Positions 1 to 31,177 of a stretch of 64,000 bases of DNA are shown here, piece after piece; the stretch's first letter is position 1, and every line of letters begins with the position of its first letter. The DNA is taken from contig OZ316775.1 in assembly GCA_973851085.1 (NCBI GenBank), positions 9,858,001 to 9,922,000 on the forward strand, given 5' to 3'. The notes beneath the pieces were generated by a model, which worked only from the letters and a program-made list of their open reading frames with translations, did no database searches and was not told the origin of the DNA. Made by a program: the position numbers and the translations under genes. This DNA is from Ptychomitrium polyphyllum. Taxonomy: Eukaryota.

Positions 1-475
1 ATCGAGCTATACAAATTTTTTTAATCTGATTACATCACACTTTTATGCCAAGCTATACGACACTATTGAGTCAACTTACAATGACCTTAAGATCTTAAAA
101 TAATTTTCACTCTTATATTCTTCACTCTTTTACATTTTTAACACATTAATTACAATTATCAAATAACAACATTAATCAAAAAAATCTTCTTTCCAATAAA
201 CACCTAAAATTTTCCCTCTACTTCAAACTGCCGAGAACAACTACAATCTTCTTTTAAGTTGGTGGTTTAAAGTCAAACAAAAAGAAATCCTATACCTACC
301 CTAACCCTCAAGCTCAGTGCAAACAGCCCTAAACGTGGTCGTCTTCTCGCAAAACACAACAAATCCATACAACCAAGTGTCCTGCCCAGAGGCCTGGCAT
401 CTTCGTTTCTCGCTTCTATCCCCTGGCTCCACACAGCTATCGCCATCGCCATCGCCATCGCCATCGCCGGCTGCA

Positions 476-499
476 ATGCGTCTCGCTCCGCCTCTCTGA
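476..499 (+). promoter_or_regulatory. Short uORF (MRLAPPL*) in the 5'UTR exon of the Nup98-96 gene; the 5'UTR intron is 526-975
   Basis: ATGCGTCTCGCTCCGCCTCTCTGA precedes the donor CAG|GTGAG at 525/526. The same sequence occurs in copy 2 at 16747-16770. Confidence 0.45.
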
Positions 500-1013
500 A
501 GCGCATCTGCCCCTTCCTCTCCCAGGTGAGGCTGCGTCCCTGCGTACCTCGATTAGGGTTGAATCTCACGCGATAGGTGAGTTTGTCGTAGGAGGAAACT
601 TCACCACGGAGCTTGCACTCCGCGCTTCGATAGGGGCAAGAAGCCAGGCTAGGATAGGGGCGGGGGATGTTGTCACCGTAAGATTGGCTCCCGCGGGGTT
701 GGTGTTGTGGTGCTGGTTTTCTAATATTTGAACTAGGACTGTGCTTTCGTTAGGGATTCGTATGCGAGTTTGCCGAGATTGCATCACTCTGTTGGACTCA
801 GGAACCCTAAAAGTCGGAAGGAGCCAGAATTGGCGGAGGTGAGGTTGGAGTTTCTATGTCGTTCAGTTGGTTTGAGTGTGCTTTTGCGTGAGGTTTGAAT
901 CGAGTAGCGGAGCGGCCTCATCTGGAATTTTGAGTTTGATTCTTACGCGTGGCTTTTGTCGTGTTGTGGTGGCAGGGCTGATTTGGATAGAGCGGGCCAA
1001 TTGAGCAGCTGCG

Positions 1014-12142
<11,129 letters not shown>

Positions 12143-14221
12143 GGGCCGTTGATCTTGACCATAGCATTTTTCTGTCAGAATGCGAAGACTCCTTCCAAAG
12201 CTGGAGTGTGCTGGTGATGTGGAACGTGGGCCTGAAGGCGCGGTGTAGATCTGTTAGTAATGCTACCTTGTGGCAGATGCTGAGCGTGAGTATGCAGCAT
12301 AGTAGAGGTGCAAGGAGCCCGCATTAATCAGTTATCTATCTACTGGCGATCAATTTTGGGGCCCAGCAAAACGAGCTTAATGGCCTATTAGAGAGGGGAG
12401 TGTAATTCTAGCAAGGAGTACGAGTAAGGGTTGCAGATAACTTAGTGCTGAAATTTTAGTCTGAAAGTGGTTGATCTTTATCAGAGCATCTTGTGGTACA
12501 ATTAAGAGTGAGATTCTTTCATAAACCGACCTTTGTGTTCATGTTGTACCTTCGTGTTATTCAATCACTCCAAAGCAGATCAAATTTGCAGCTCGTTGTA
12601 ATACTCTTTGCATAATGAGTTGTATAGATTGAATAATATCACTCTAGAAAATTGCGAGATTTTGTAGCATTATTGTTGAGTAGATATGATTTTTTGTTCC
12701 TGTTTTGTTTAACTTTACTTCTGGCCATTGAGAAATTTGGTATGCTAAGTTTTAGGTAAATAGTCGTCTTGTTGAAGATGATAGTTAACGGTGGAAGCGA
12801 CATTCTGTATTTTGAATCCAATTGCACAGTGGGTTTCATATTTGTTTTGAATTTGCCTTTGTAGGCTGATTTTCTTAAACTTTACAAAGCTCCTGTGAGC
12901 TCAAAAATGCTCCACATCACAAACCATAAAGTACATTGGAAAGGTAGTAGAGTGAAGTTTCATGGCATAATATAATTGCACAATAAAATTGTGAAACTAT
13001 TCAAAAATAATTTTTAATAATATTGTGTACACATCTAGTGCCACCACAATGTGCACTAATTATGGTCTTCATATGAAAAGGAGTCTTAGGCATGAGAATT
13101 GCAAGTGCTATTATAGATATGTCTTCAAATAAATAAGCAAAAGTTCAATTTATAGTGAGCATGACATGGTGTTGGATAATCATTGCTAAGAGTCTAGAAA
13201 AAAACGCTTTCAAAAATCAAGAAACATCTTTATTATTAAAACATATTATTTTATATGCAAAGAATTTTATATTTCTTATTTTAATTGGAAAGATCTTTAG
13301 TCATTCAAAATAAAAGCCTTTACTACCTAAGCCACAAGGGCACAAATTAATGCCTAATTTCTTGCTAAAATTTACTTTGAAAGACGATAGAGTTGGTTTT
13401 TAGTTTTTGTGATTTTGCAAAGAATTAAAAACAAACATATTTTGGAATTGAAATTACATTGGATGGAAGTATAGTAAAGTCACAAATTGTAAAAAGATAA
13501 AATAGTGGATAGAAAAACAAACTTCAAATTTTTTGTGGTTAAATTGTTACATGACCAAAGTAAATTGTTAGATGTCAAATTTGATTTCTTTTTTAAAAGG
13601 AAGATGATAAAATTACAACGTCATGAATCAATAAAAATTTATAAAATTACATTAAGCAATCAAATGAAGCAATGATGCTACTATAAATATTTTTAAATTT
13701 TCCATAAATTTTAAGTATTAAATTTTATAAATAAAAGGAAATTTAATCCTCAAAAAGTACATTATATGACATAATTAGAAATGATCATTAAAAACTTAGC
13801 TTTTAGAAATTATGGCTTATTGAATGCTAAGTTAAGTAAGGCCTTGTATGGTTTGGTTGTAGAGGGATTCAACCTAATCTATGTATACTTGTGCCAATTG
13901 TTCTTTTTTTGAAACTATTTGTCTATTTATTATTTTTTTTTCAAGCATGTACTGGAAATAATACATGTTTTTACTTTTATAAATATTCAAGTAGATTTTT
14001 AAAATTAAAGTATATATAAATATAACAATCCTTCTCTTCTATAATTTTTTTTCTTATATTATTGCTTCAAAGATATTGATATGATTCTAATATATTTGGC
14101 TTATACCTCCCAATTACAATATACAATCCAAAGCTATCAATAAAATCTTATAAACATCAAAATCTCTTACCTTTAGCCTTGGAATTTTTTATATAGTACC
14201 TCTCTAATGTGCCTAATTTGT

Positions 14222-14284
14222 AAAGTTTACTTAAACTTTACATGATTAAATAAAATTTAATCATGTAAAGTTTAAGTAAACTTT
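14222..14284. repeat. Perfect 30-bp inverted repeat with 3-nt spacer
   Basis: AAAGTTTACTTAAACTTTACATGATTAAAT-aaa-ATTTAATCATGTAAAGTTTAAGTAAACTTT. Confidence 0.92.
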
Positions 14285-16733
14285 GTTTTTTATTTTAAAC
14301 TTGGACTTGACTAATCATTATCTTAATCTTGGTTTGACCTTAATTCTAATCTTATATAGTACCAATTTGTGTTAGTAATGGTCCACATGTACCAACAATG
14401 GCCGCATGAACAATTGTAAACAATATAAGTTCATTCTTGAATTTTTGTTCTTCCCTCATGCTTTCATTATGTTTTCAAAGTTTTTGAATTGAATATTAAT
14501 TTTGTATGACATTCTTTATTTGGATGACATTGCACCATGAAAAAAATACCAAGCCGCTCTTCAACTGCCTCATCAAACCTCACTAAACATCAATTATAAC
14601 AAAGTATCTTAGTCCAATGTCCTATTGTAGAGGTAATAATTTTATCTAAAAGTACTTGGTATTACTCCCATACAAAATGCTTTGGCATTTAAACTACATC
14701 CTCAACGGATTTTTTCATTAAAAAGCCACAAAAATGGAATATTGTGTTTCATATTTTGCCTTCAATGACCATAAATGGCTGAAAATAAAGCCCATACATT
14801 ACCAATTCGTACTAGCAAAAGAAAGAAAAAATAAAAAATAAAAAATAAAAAATAAAAAATCATAAGTTTTGAAATTAAAAAAATAAGCATCTTCAATGTA
14901 GTGGACAATATTTCATAATCCAACAGTATCTGAATTAATTCAAACTGAAGATGTCTCTTTAATACAATTCAAAGAAACTAATGTGATTAAAAATCCACAG
15001 TCAATTATTTCTTCATAACTTTAATTTTTTTAAATATGCATTTTATTGACTTGAACGTCAAAGGAGTTTTTAATCTTAACTTTCAAAAATCAAACAATAA
15101 CATTAGTGATAGCTAAGCAGATCCAGTTTTACAGGTTGAAATTATAATTTGTAATCTAAGGAACCTTTTTAACATACTTCCTAAACAAGGGACTTTATGA
15201 CACATCTTTTCAGATTGTCAAATTCAACAGGCCCTGTGGCGGTAAGGGGCTGAATTCCTTGACCTCCAAGACTGTCTCCCAATTTTGTTTTTCCTTTCTA
15301 CTCAAGGCTCTGAACACGGTAGCTGAATTTTTAAGCTAAGGTAAGCCAACTAGGACTGTCGTATATTCTGTACTCTAGGAACGAATCTACCAGAGAGGCT
15401 ACGTACCTGTGGGCTTCTCAGCCTACATTTGTATTCTGTGTAAAATCTATATATGTCATATGTCCACTCTAGGAGAGCCAGCTCTTCTCACAAATAATAC
15501 TACACAAAGGTTGTAGTGTAGTTCAACTGGAGCGTTTTGTGTTTAGTCGTGTTCAGGTGAGCGATCAGTTTCTGTGTTCTGTGTTTTGGAGTTTCCTTGA
15601 TGCAACCCATGCTTTGAGAGATGTCTTTGCTTTGATGGTGTGATTGAGTCTTTGCACCTCTGGGGTTTGATCAGTCTGGTCGTTAGAACTCCTTTTGTTG
15701 TATGTCTGCAATACTGTATTCAGCTGGAGTACATGGACTGCAGTGTAAAAGAGGGTCTCACTCAGTAGTACCTTACAGCAGAGAGATTGAAATTATGTGC
15801 ATAATATGTTGCATCCCACAGTCCGTCCCACATGAATAAGTGTATTATTATGCACTCTGGATACGTTTTCACAAGTTCCATATGTAAGCAGATAGTTGTT
15901 TGAGAGAGGGGATTGATGTCTGCTTGGAGTTTCACAGAGAGGCGGATTGGCACTTGGATCCACAGTACAGTACAATGATGAACCAACGAATTTGAATGAT
16001 AGGTTTTTGGGTCATCGTGAAGAGCGCTAGGGATTGGTTCACAAAATCATCACTTCAACCAAAACATCATTCCGCTCCACAGGTTGACAAAATCAACACT
16101 AAAAAGCAACAACAAAAATGAACCACCAACTAAGTTACAGTGTCAACTAACTCCCAGGCTTCTGTTGATGATAACAGCTTTATATCATTGCCAAATCTTC
16201 CCAATTTCCCTTCCCAAACTCATCCACTAACCCACTCAATTTCCAATCAATTATTCTCATATTCATCGTCTGCCCCTAACGAACCAAACTGACTCTGACG
16301 AAAAACGGACGAGAACGAAAGAACCTCGTCAACCAGCGGGCATCCAAGGTGGGTTCGAATTTGTATGCTCACAGCCCGCGCAGCCCGCCGCGAAATGGTA
16401 CTCGCCAAAGATCTGGACAAGCTCGGGCAGCCCTGAACCTCGCCAGAAAGAAAGACTTCCCGTGATTCACCGGGCAGACCTTCCTCGCAACCTTTTACTT
16501 TCGCTGTCTCCCTATCGCCCTTGAACTTTCTCGAGTGCAGTTGAATACGGCGAGAAGAGGCCACTCCGCTTCCATTTCACGCACAACAACAGAAGGAGAT
16601 TATCGTCTTACACGACAACGGGAGCCGGAGGCAGCGTTCTTGAGGACACAGCAATTCTCTGCAACCGATCATCACAACTAAGGCTTCCCTTCATCCTATT
16701 CTTATCACTCGTCTCCTCGACACCGGCATCGTC

Positions 16734-23728
<6,995 letters not shown>

Positions 23729-26416
23729 TGATGGAGTGAAAAGTGTGAGAGTCTTCGATCTTTTGAAGCACTTGTCCGCAGTTTCACCTTCGTGTCCAGG
23801 TCTCTTGAAGACTGAAATTTGTTGCGAGTCTTTTGATTTTATCGTTAATGATAACCGTTGGCATTTACTCTAGTACTGCTCGTACGTGGATACGATCGCA
23901 CTCGCATGACTGGGAGAGCCAAACAGCTTGAACGGAGTTACAGCATCTAAGGAGTGTGACCTGGCGGTTGGATATATTAAGTGATAGTGGGACTAAAATT
24001 GCAAAATGTACCTTTCAGAACTGTTGGTATGAGATCCTTTTTCGTTAAACTTGAAGAAACGCTATGCTTTGTTTTTCTTGGCCAAGATTTAGCTGTTTAG
24101 ATGTACTCCACTGGGATTTCAGATAAGAAGTAGCATTTCGTATAGGAAGGAGTTAACCCTTCTGTGGCTTTTGCTGCTAAGGACCGATTTGATTGGAACT
24201 CGAGGTTGTGTGTGATCTTAGCTATCACGATATCTTTTGATTTGTCACACTTAGGGCGATAAATTACAGATAGAGCTCCTCCAGGGCATCTAGTTATAGG
24301 GACATGGATTTGAGTATAGATGTACATAGAGTTCTCCTCTGGTAATCGAAATGTATTTTAAAGAGCATATCAGAAGAGAATTTTTTATGATTCTATTTCA
24401 GTTCTTCTAGAGATGACTTGAAGGTTCGTCTATATTTTAGTATTTATAGCTATTCTACTGTTTGCTGGTGTCCGTCAAGGGATTAATTTGGTGAACAGAA
24501 TGATAAGCCATATTAGCTTCGGCTTTGTTTCGACATATCTAGTGTGTTTTATCTAGAAATGTGAGCTTTACTGAGATGATGAATAGTAAGCTGAATACAA
24601 TTCCTGAATTTGTGTAAATTGTAATGTGTCATCATTTTTATTTCTATATAAGTTCAGTGTACTTCAAATTTTGCTTTCCTAAGATGCTCAAAGCTCTCCC
24701 AACCGCTCCTCCGAAGCTTGTGTCATAAATGATTGTGGATTGTTTTTTATGAGAACACATCTTAGAACCTGTATAATTGGATAATTCTATTGTAATGGTT
24801 TCTTTTTACATTTGATAGCTTTCTTTTATAATTAATATTTGCATTTGAAAGAAGAAGAATGATTCATGTCCTATAAATAAAAGCTACAATAAATCAAGAA
24901 TTTAATAAAATTTTAATTACTACTATATGCCTTTGTGAACATAAGTATATTTTGTAAGTATGTTTTGTAATCACACATGTGTATTAGAAGATGAGTTTAG
25001 GATATAATAGGGATAATTATTTTTTAAAGTTTTAGAATTGAAATTATTATTAGATTCTTATTGCACTGGTTTAAGCATCCAAAAGAAGGGTATTTTTTAT
25101 AAGTGGTATGAAATTAAATGTTAGTTTGTAAGAGAAAACTTCCAAGATTTAATATTCAAAAATTTTAAACACCTCTTTTATTATATACCTTCCTTGTTAT
25201 ATACATATATCTAAAAGTGTTACTAAATTAATGGAAATGACAACCTTTTATCAAACTTTTATTCTTTTCAATTTATCTCTAGTTCTTTTACATTTGCCAT
25301 TTGTCAAACAAAGAATGCGTTTATTTGACAGTAGTGTTATAATAATGCTAACCTTGCTTTATATGACCTACATTTTATATGTCCTTATAGTCACCACTAC
25401 TCATTAAATAATAGCCTAAATGTGATAATAATTGAAGAAATTATTATACTTTTACAATTCCAATCAAATGTCTTAGCCTTAATCTAAATTGGTAGCAAAA
25501 AAATCTTTTTTAAAATTGAAGAAATTCTAGCCATCAATGTTTGAAAGTTCAATAGCCAATGAAATTTTTTCAATCTCATTACGGAAATTCAAAAAATATT
25601 GTTCATAATATGGTTAGACTTGAAAACAATAATAGACATTTCTAGAAGAATATTCCTTTCAAATTACAAAAAAAAGTACAACTCACAAACAATAAATGAT
25701 GTAATATAAGTACTCTATGGTACTTGGATGCCTTGTTTCAATCCCCAATGCTCAAGTTAAAAACAAAAATTACAATTGAACCTCCATATTTGAAAATGAG
25801 TATATCCTATGTGCATCAAAACCACCTAATATTGCACAACAAACTTTCTTCATTCCATGAGTATCTAATGTGGTTTTATTTTTAAAAATTCTACTCATCC
25901 ACTCACCCAAAAATCTGATGAGATATAAAAATGCACACTTTGTTCAAACGGCCAGTCCGAGATTAAGAAAGTGGGTTTGAGCAGAAATATTCGCAAAGAT
26001 CCAACTCCGAGAAGGTACCTCGCAGTCCAGGCCTGCTCTGCAATGTCACGCAGTCGGGACAGGCAACCCCGGCCACGTAGGCATCCGAGTCAGCACATAT
26101 GGGACGCCACCTCGGAGAACTCCCGCCATTCGAAGTTATCCAATGGCAGCGGTAGCCAAGCGACGCTCCAGCTGCCGCAGTGGAAGCTGCGCCACGCTCG
26201 CGTCGTCACGGCCGCTCGCCGCGCAAGCTCACGCTCAGCGTCGTGATCGAACTATGGCACCGCCACCCGACCGAAGCCACGCCCCAGCCGATTCTATCCT
26301 GGCAGTCACCGACTCTAGCTCCATCTCTTTCCAAAGGTGGTGCAGATCAGGGACTGAAGCGCCGCCTGCGAGTCAAGCCAAGTCTAGCAAGGCGGGGCAT
26401 GACAGGAGCTTGGGGG

Positions 26417-28187
26417 ATGGCAGTGGCCGCGACGACGGTGGGGCCTGCGTTGCGGAACGTGGCGCGAGGATCGGGGGTGGCAGGGGCTTTGCACACTGGA
26501 GCAGCTCTTGTGAGCTGCAGGAGCGTTGTCTGCGGGGCTGGTGTGCGGGGCGGCTCAGTGAAGCAGCAGGCACTGCAGCACTTGCACCAGCTCTGTGGGG
26601 GCTTCCTGTCTCCGACGTCGAGGCGGCGCTTTCTGCAGGGAGCTGGCACGGCGGTCGGGGGTATGTTGGGGATGATGTCCAGCGTGCCGCCGCGGGCGCA
26701 AGCTGCAGGGGTGTCCGAAGCGGAGGAGGTTTTGAAGAATGTGCAGTGGCCGGAGCAGTTCCCCTTTTCGAAAGAGGATTTCGCACGCTACGACGAGTAA
26801 TGCTCTTCTTTACCTCTTGATGGCTTCTTTCTCGAATTGCTTTGGTTATGCTCTTGGCTGCGCGAATGGGTGGAAGCGAGTTAGAGAGCTAGTGCTGCGT
26901 CTGCCTTAATATTGATTTGGAAAGGCAGGTCGAGGCAACTGCGTTATGGGTTTGCTTAGCTTGAATCAACTTTAGCATTTACTTTTTGGCCTACCAGATT
27001 AATAATGTTATACTCACTTCAAACGTGCAACCTTCAACTTACGGGATTTCACGTCGAAGGTTTTAGAGTAAAATGCAGATTAGCAATATGAGAACAAAAC
27101 CTATTGAAAGTTTTAAAATAACATAGTTTAGTTAAATATCTGCCACGAAGCAAGAATCTCGCTGTGGTCGATGGCTGACCTTTCGTTGACAACGTGTTTC
27201 GGTTGATTGGTATGAGATTGTAGATATCTATTCCAGTAGACGCAGGAAGTATCACAGCAAGAAGCGGACACATGAAAATTGTCCGAAACTAGTGTTGAGC
27301 TGCTTACTTGGAAACAAGAAATTTAGGGAAATACAGAGATGGACTCAAATCTGGGAAAATTTTCATGTGACGTTGCATTTCTGACTTTAGTTATGTACAT
27401 AAAAGGTGGTATTGGCTTTATGAACATAGTTGTTTCCTTCTGATCATGCCCGTAGTCCCGGATGCCGAAATTCGATTCTCGTACATTTAGGTTAAGGACC
27501 TTAAGCTTATTTCATTTTCTGTGAGTTGAGCCTTAGCACTTGCTTTCTCTTATTGATTTTGATTAATGGATGTAGAATTGCATTGGCAGGTCGCCAGACA
27601 CTGCTTTTTACGACGCGCCCCGATTTGTAACTCATATCGACGACCCGGCCATTCGGGCACTCACCAAGTACTACTCTAGTGTACTTCCTCCGAGCAACAC
27701 CCCTGGCGTGGCGGTGTTGGACATGTGCAGCAGCTGGATCAGCCATTATCCTAAGGGCTACAAGCAGGAGCGGATCGTGGGTCAAGGGCTCAACGAAGCT
27801 GAGCTGCAACGGAACGAGGTGTTGACAGAGTACATCGTGCGAGACCTAAACGTGGATCCTACGCTGCCCTTTGCAGACAACTCCTTCGACGTCATCACTA
27901 ATGTCGTCAGCGTGGACTACTTGACTAAACCCCTGGAGATTTTCAAGGAAATGCACCGCGTTCTGAAACCTGGAGGGTTGGCAACAATGAGCTTCTCCAA
28001 CAGGTGCTTCTTTACCAAAGCTATCTCCGTATGGACATCCACCGGTGACGTCGACCATGTTATGATCGTGGGTTCGTACTTCCACTATGCCGGTGCTTTC
28101 GAGCCTCCGCAGGCATTGGACATCTCGCCAAATCCTGGCAGGAGTGATCCCATGTACATCGTGTATTCTAGGAAATTGCAGGCTTAG
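26417..28187 (+). CDS. Plastid-targeted class I SAM-dependent methyltransferase (Methyltransf_11-like)
   Basis: Exons 26417-26796 (alternative ATG 26399) and 27590-28187. Joined WPEQFPFSKEDFARYDE|SPDTAFYDAPRFVTHIDD, then VLDMCSSWISH, LPFADNSFDVITNVVSVDYL, EMHRVLKPGG, FSNRCF. The N-terminus is Ala/Ser/Arg-rich and transit-peptide-like. Confidence 0.9.
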
Positions 28188-29669
28188 AATTAGTGCTCCA
28201 TTTGAGTGAGATACATTTGCTACGATTAGGTTGGATTTATTTCTACAGCAGAGTCGCAGCTTGAGGTATACTTTCTTGCTGTCAACAGTATCACTGCTCA
28301 CAGGAAATAAGAGTTAGCAATTAGGCAGCGAGGCGCTTAGGGGGCACAACTCTTCCGCGCATACCAGTTCCTCAGGTTGTAGATCGTGCATCAGGCGCAG
28401 TTATACAGAAAATGCTACACTTTGAGAAAGAGTATTTGAGACATGAGAAGATTACTATTTGAGAGAATAACTCAGTACAAGATTTGAAATGTGAGTGTGA
28501 AAGATGCAAGTCTCGTTGAATCTGTTGAGGCGAGTCACCATTATGGTGTGTATCACTTTTTATTCCATTGTTTGATGGTGTTTTATTGACATGATTGAAT
28601 ACCGTTATCAGAAAGCGTAGAGATTTGTTTCGGGATGCGAAGCTTTTTCTACTTTTTGAGTTGGTGACTTCTTTCCTCTTGTTTCAACTCCTCGGACGTT
28701 CAGGACATACTTGTTGAATGGAATTTGTCAGGTTATCTGGACTGATAACTTACCCCATTCACCTTATTGTAGGTTGCTTCATCGGAACATCTTAGACGAG
28801 AGTTTTCAGATCCTAAGAGCGTTCAGCTGTGCACATTCAGATACTGTTGATCTCAATCTAATGTAGAATGGTTCAAACCCATTTCAAACAATCACCTTAC
28901 TAATTTACTGTTGACTTTAAATTCATACAGAATTGCACATTCAAAACTAATTCATTGTTATCGTTAGAGTTGCATAGTGCGGAAATCCACTCAAACTCAA
29001 ATCTGCGCAAGGACATGATGCAAAATGCTCCCAGCGGCCGTTTTTTATTCTCATATGTACAAACTACGGGTATACCCAAGGTCACTGGAGCAGTTGCAGC
29101 GATCCTTGAGGCCAATCTGTAAGGACTAAGCAATCAAAACAAGAAATAGTAGATTAATTCCTTGAGGCTTGTATCTTATCTATGTCCGTATTAATCAATC
29201 TATGACCGTAGGTAGAAACCATTGTGATTGCAAATTGTACTTATGCTACACTAATAATTTGCTCCATGGATATTAGAGATGTGTTCAACTTGCATGTATA
29301 CAGTCTCGAATACCAACTTCACCAGAGAACTACACAAAAAGCAATGGAAGTAAAAAACTTAGCAAAGCATACTATCAAAGATAAAATCGAGCACACAAGT
29401 AGTATAATAGTTGCTACAAAACAAGGCAAAATCTCATCCACGCAAAAAACTTCAGAAAACTACCAAGGCACATAAGAACCATCACATTCACAAATACTGA
29501 TATGGTTGGTGTATATACAAAAGTATGTGTTTATTATGGAGATTTACTACCTCTTAATTTACATTTCGTACCTTTCACCTGGTTCGATACCTTCCGTAAT
29601 TGTTAATTTCTTAGCTTTCATTCAGAGCGAATTGATACATAGTCTGACCTGTAAAAATACACCCAGTGA

Positions 29670-30677
29670 CTAGTAGTACTCAGATTCTATGTGCTTCAAA
29701 TAGTGAGGGTTCGTCACCGGCAGCTTGCTGAAGGAAACCTGGGACCGGAAGACGGCGGGCCGCTGATTATGGTGGGAGATGTAGTGCGTCTCCGCCATAG
29801 AAGGCCTGAACTCGTCGCCCATGGAGATGTACTCAGCATCGTGATGACGATAATTTTTGAATGAAGGCATGCGGCGAATGCCCGTAAAATCACGATGTAA
29901 GTCTACTGGCACGAGTTCGTTGTGCCGTGATGCAGCTCTACCAAAAGATGGTTGCCTGTTAACCCTCCTGCCATAAGAGTTCACCCGCACGAGCGGGCGC
30001 ACCGTAGGTGCCTGCATAATAGGCGTCATAGCCGCCATCTTGCCCTCGTGAGGAAACCGCCCGAAGCCATTCGAGTGCGTCCTAATCAAGGGGTTCGCGG
30101 TATAGCGCGTCTGGACACCGCCAACCGGAGCGTGCATGGACCGGCTCTGCGTGACGCCGTTGCCAACTGGGTGGCTGGATCTGCTCACATACGTGCCGTT
30201 GTTGAAGAACTCCGACTTTTTCTTTACCTTTTTCACGCGACGGAGGACCTTGAGCGGGTCTGCAAATCCTGTGACGGTCACTTTCTGGTTATATTGATCA
30301 CAAACCACGTTCTTCACGCCGTCGATCTCCTCCACCGCCTCCTTCACTTTCTCTTGACACTTCTCACAGCACATCGGCACTCTCAACTCCAAAACTGGGA
30401 CAGGGCCTTTCATCCCGTGTTGGCTCGTGAAAACCCGCTGTTGCTGGTATCCGCTAGGGTAGTCCATATCATCTTTGCTAGAAAAGATCTGCACAGCAAT
30501 TCCACAGAACCATTTCAGAACCACAGCAGCAAACAATCTTAACCTGAGCCACACGACCACGCAGAAGAGTATACTCTGTCAACAACAATTTAACTCCCAT
30601 AGCTAACCATAGAGTATACTACAGACTAGAAGAGTACTACTCACATCTTGAAGCTTTTCCTTAATACGACTTGCCAT
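29670..30677 (-). CDS. Heavy-metal-associated (HMA) domain protein, HPP/HIPP-like, without C-terminal CaaX
   Basis: Exon 30677-30645 (MASRIKEKLQD, donor GTGAGT) joins in frame to 30488-29670. HMA motif ELRVPMCCEKCQEKVKEAV..GVKNVVCDQYNQKVTVTG. Ends ESEYY*. Confidence 0.88.
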
Positions 30678-31163
30678 TTCGATCGTCCAAGGCTGCAAAC
30701 AATCCCTTCAAGCTCTCTACGTATTCAAGTAAGCAACCTCCTGCAAATCCAAGATCTAGAACAACAGAGACACCACGAGTTCTGAAAGAAAAAAACTTTG
30801 GTGCAATAGCAGTAGCCGAGATTTTTGATCAACTGTCCGAAGAGCGCAACTACATCCACTCTTGTCTGAACTCGCAGCTGCCGCTAATGACCCTCAACTT
30901 AAAATGGACGGCAAACTAAAGGCTGATATAGAAACGAGAAACTCGCGTGCTCTTCAGAGGGCCGCGTACCCAAAAGTGGCACCCCATGCAGAAAAGCAAT
31001 ATTATCTATAAAACTTTCTAGATCTCTTCCTCCGAACGTACAACCGCGGTACAGTGCCAACTTAGGGTGCGGTGACGCATTTCGGTATGCGGGTTATTGA
31101 CGCGCATCACCGACCAACGAGGGGCTGTCCTTGAGGCCAGGTGGCGAATTGGCGGGGTGGTCG

Positions 31164-31177
31164 ATTGGCCCACGTGG
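31164..31177. promoter_or_regulatory. G-box (CCACGTGG) with adjacent CCAAT box upstream of the HMA gene
   Basis: ATTGGCCCACGTGG lies about 500 bp upstream of the ATG at 30677. Motif match only. Confidence 0.3.

Noticed and set aside
12880..13400. Possible DNA-transposon/MITE remnant (also ~50400-50700)
   Set aside because: No terminal inverted repeats or TSD could be identified by eye.
26143..26820. 225-aa ORF from ATG 26143
   Set aside because: Out of frame with the conserved methyltransferase sequence and shows no recognisable homology.
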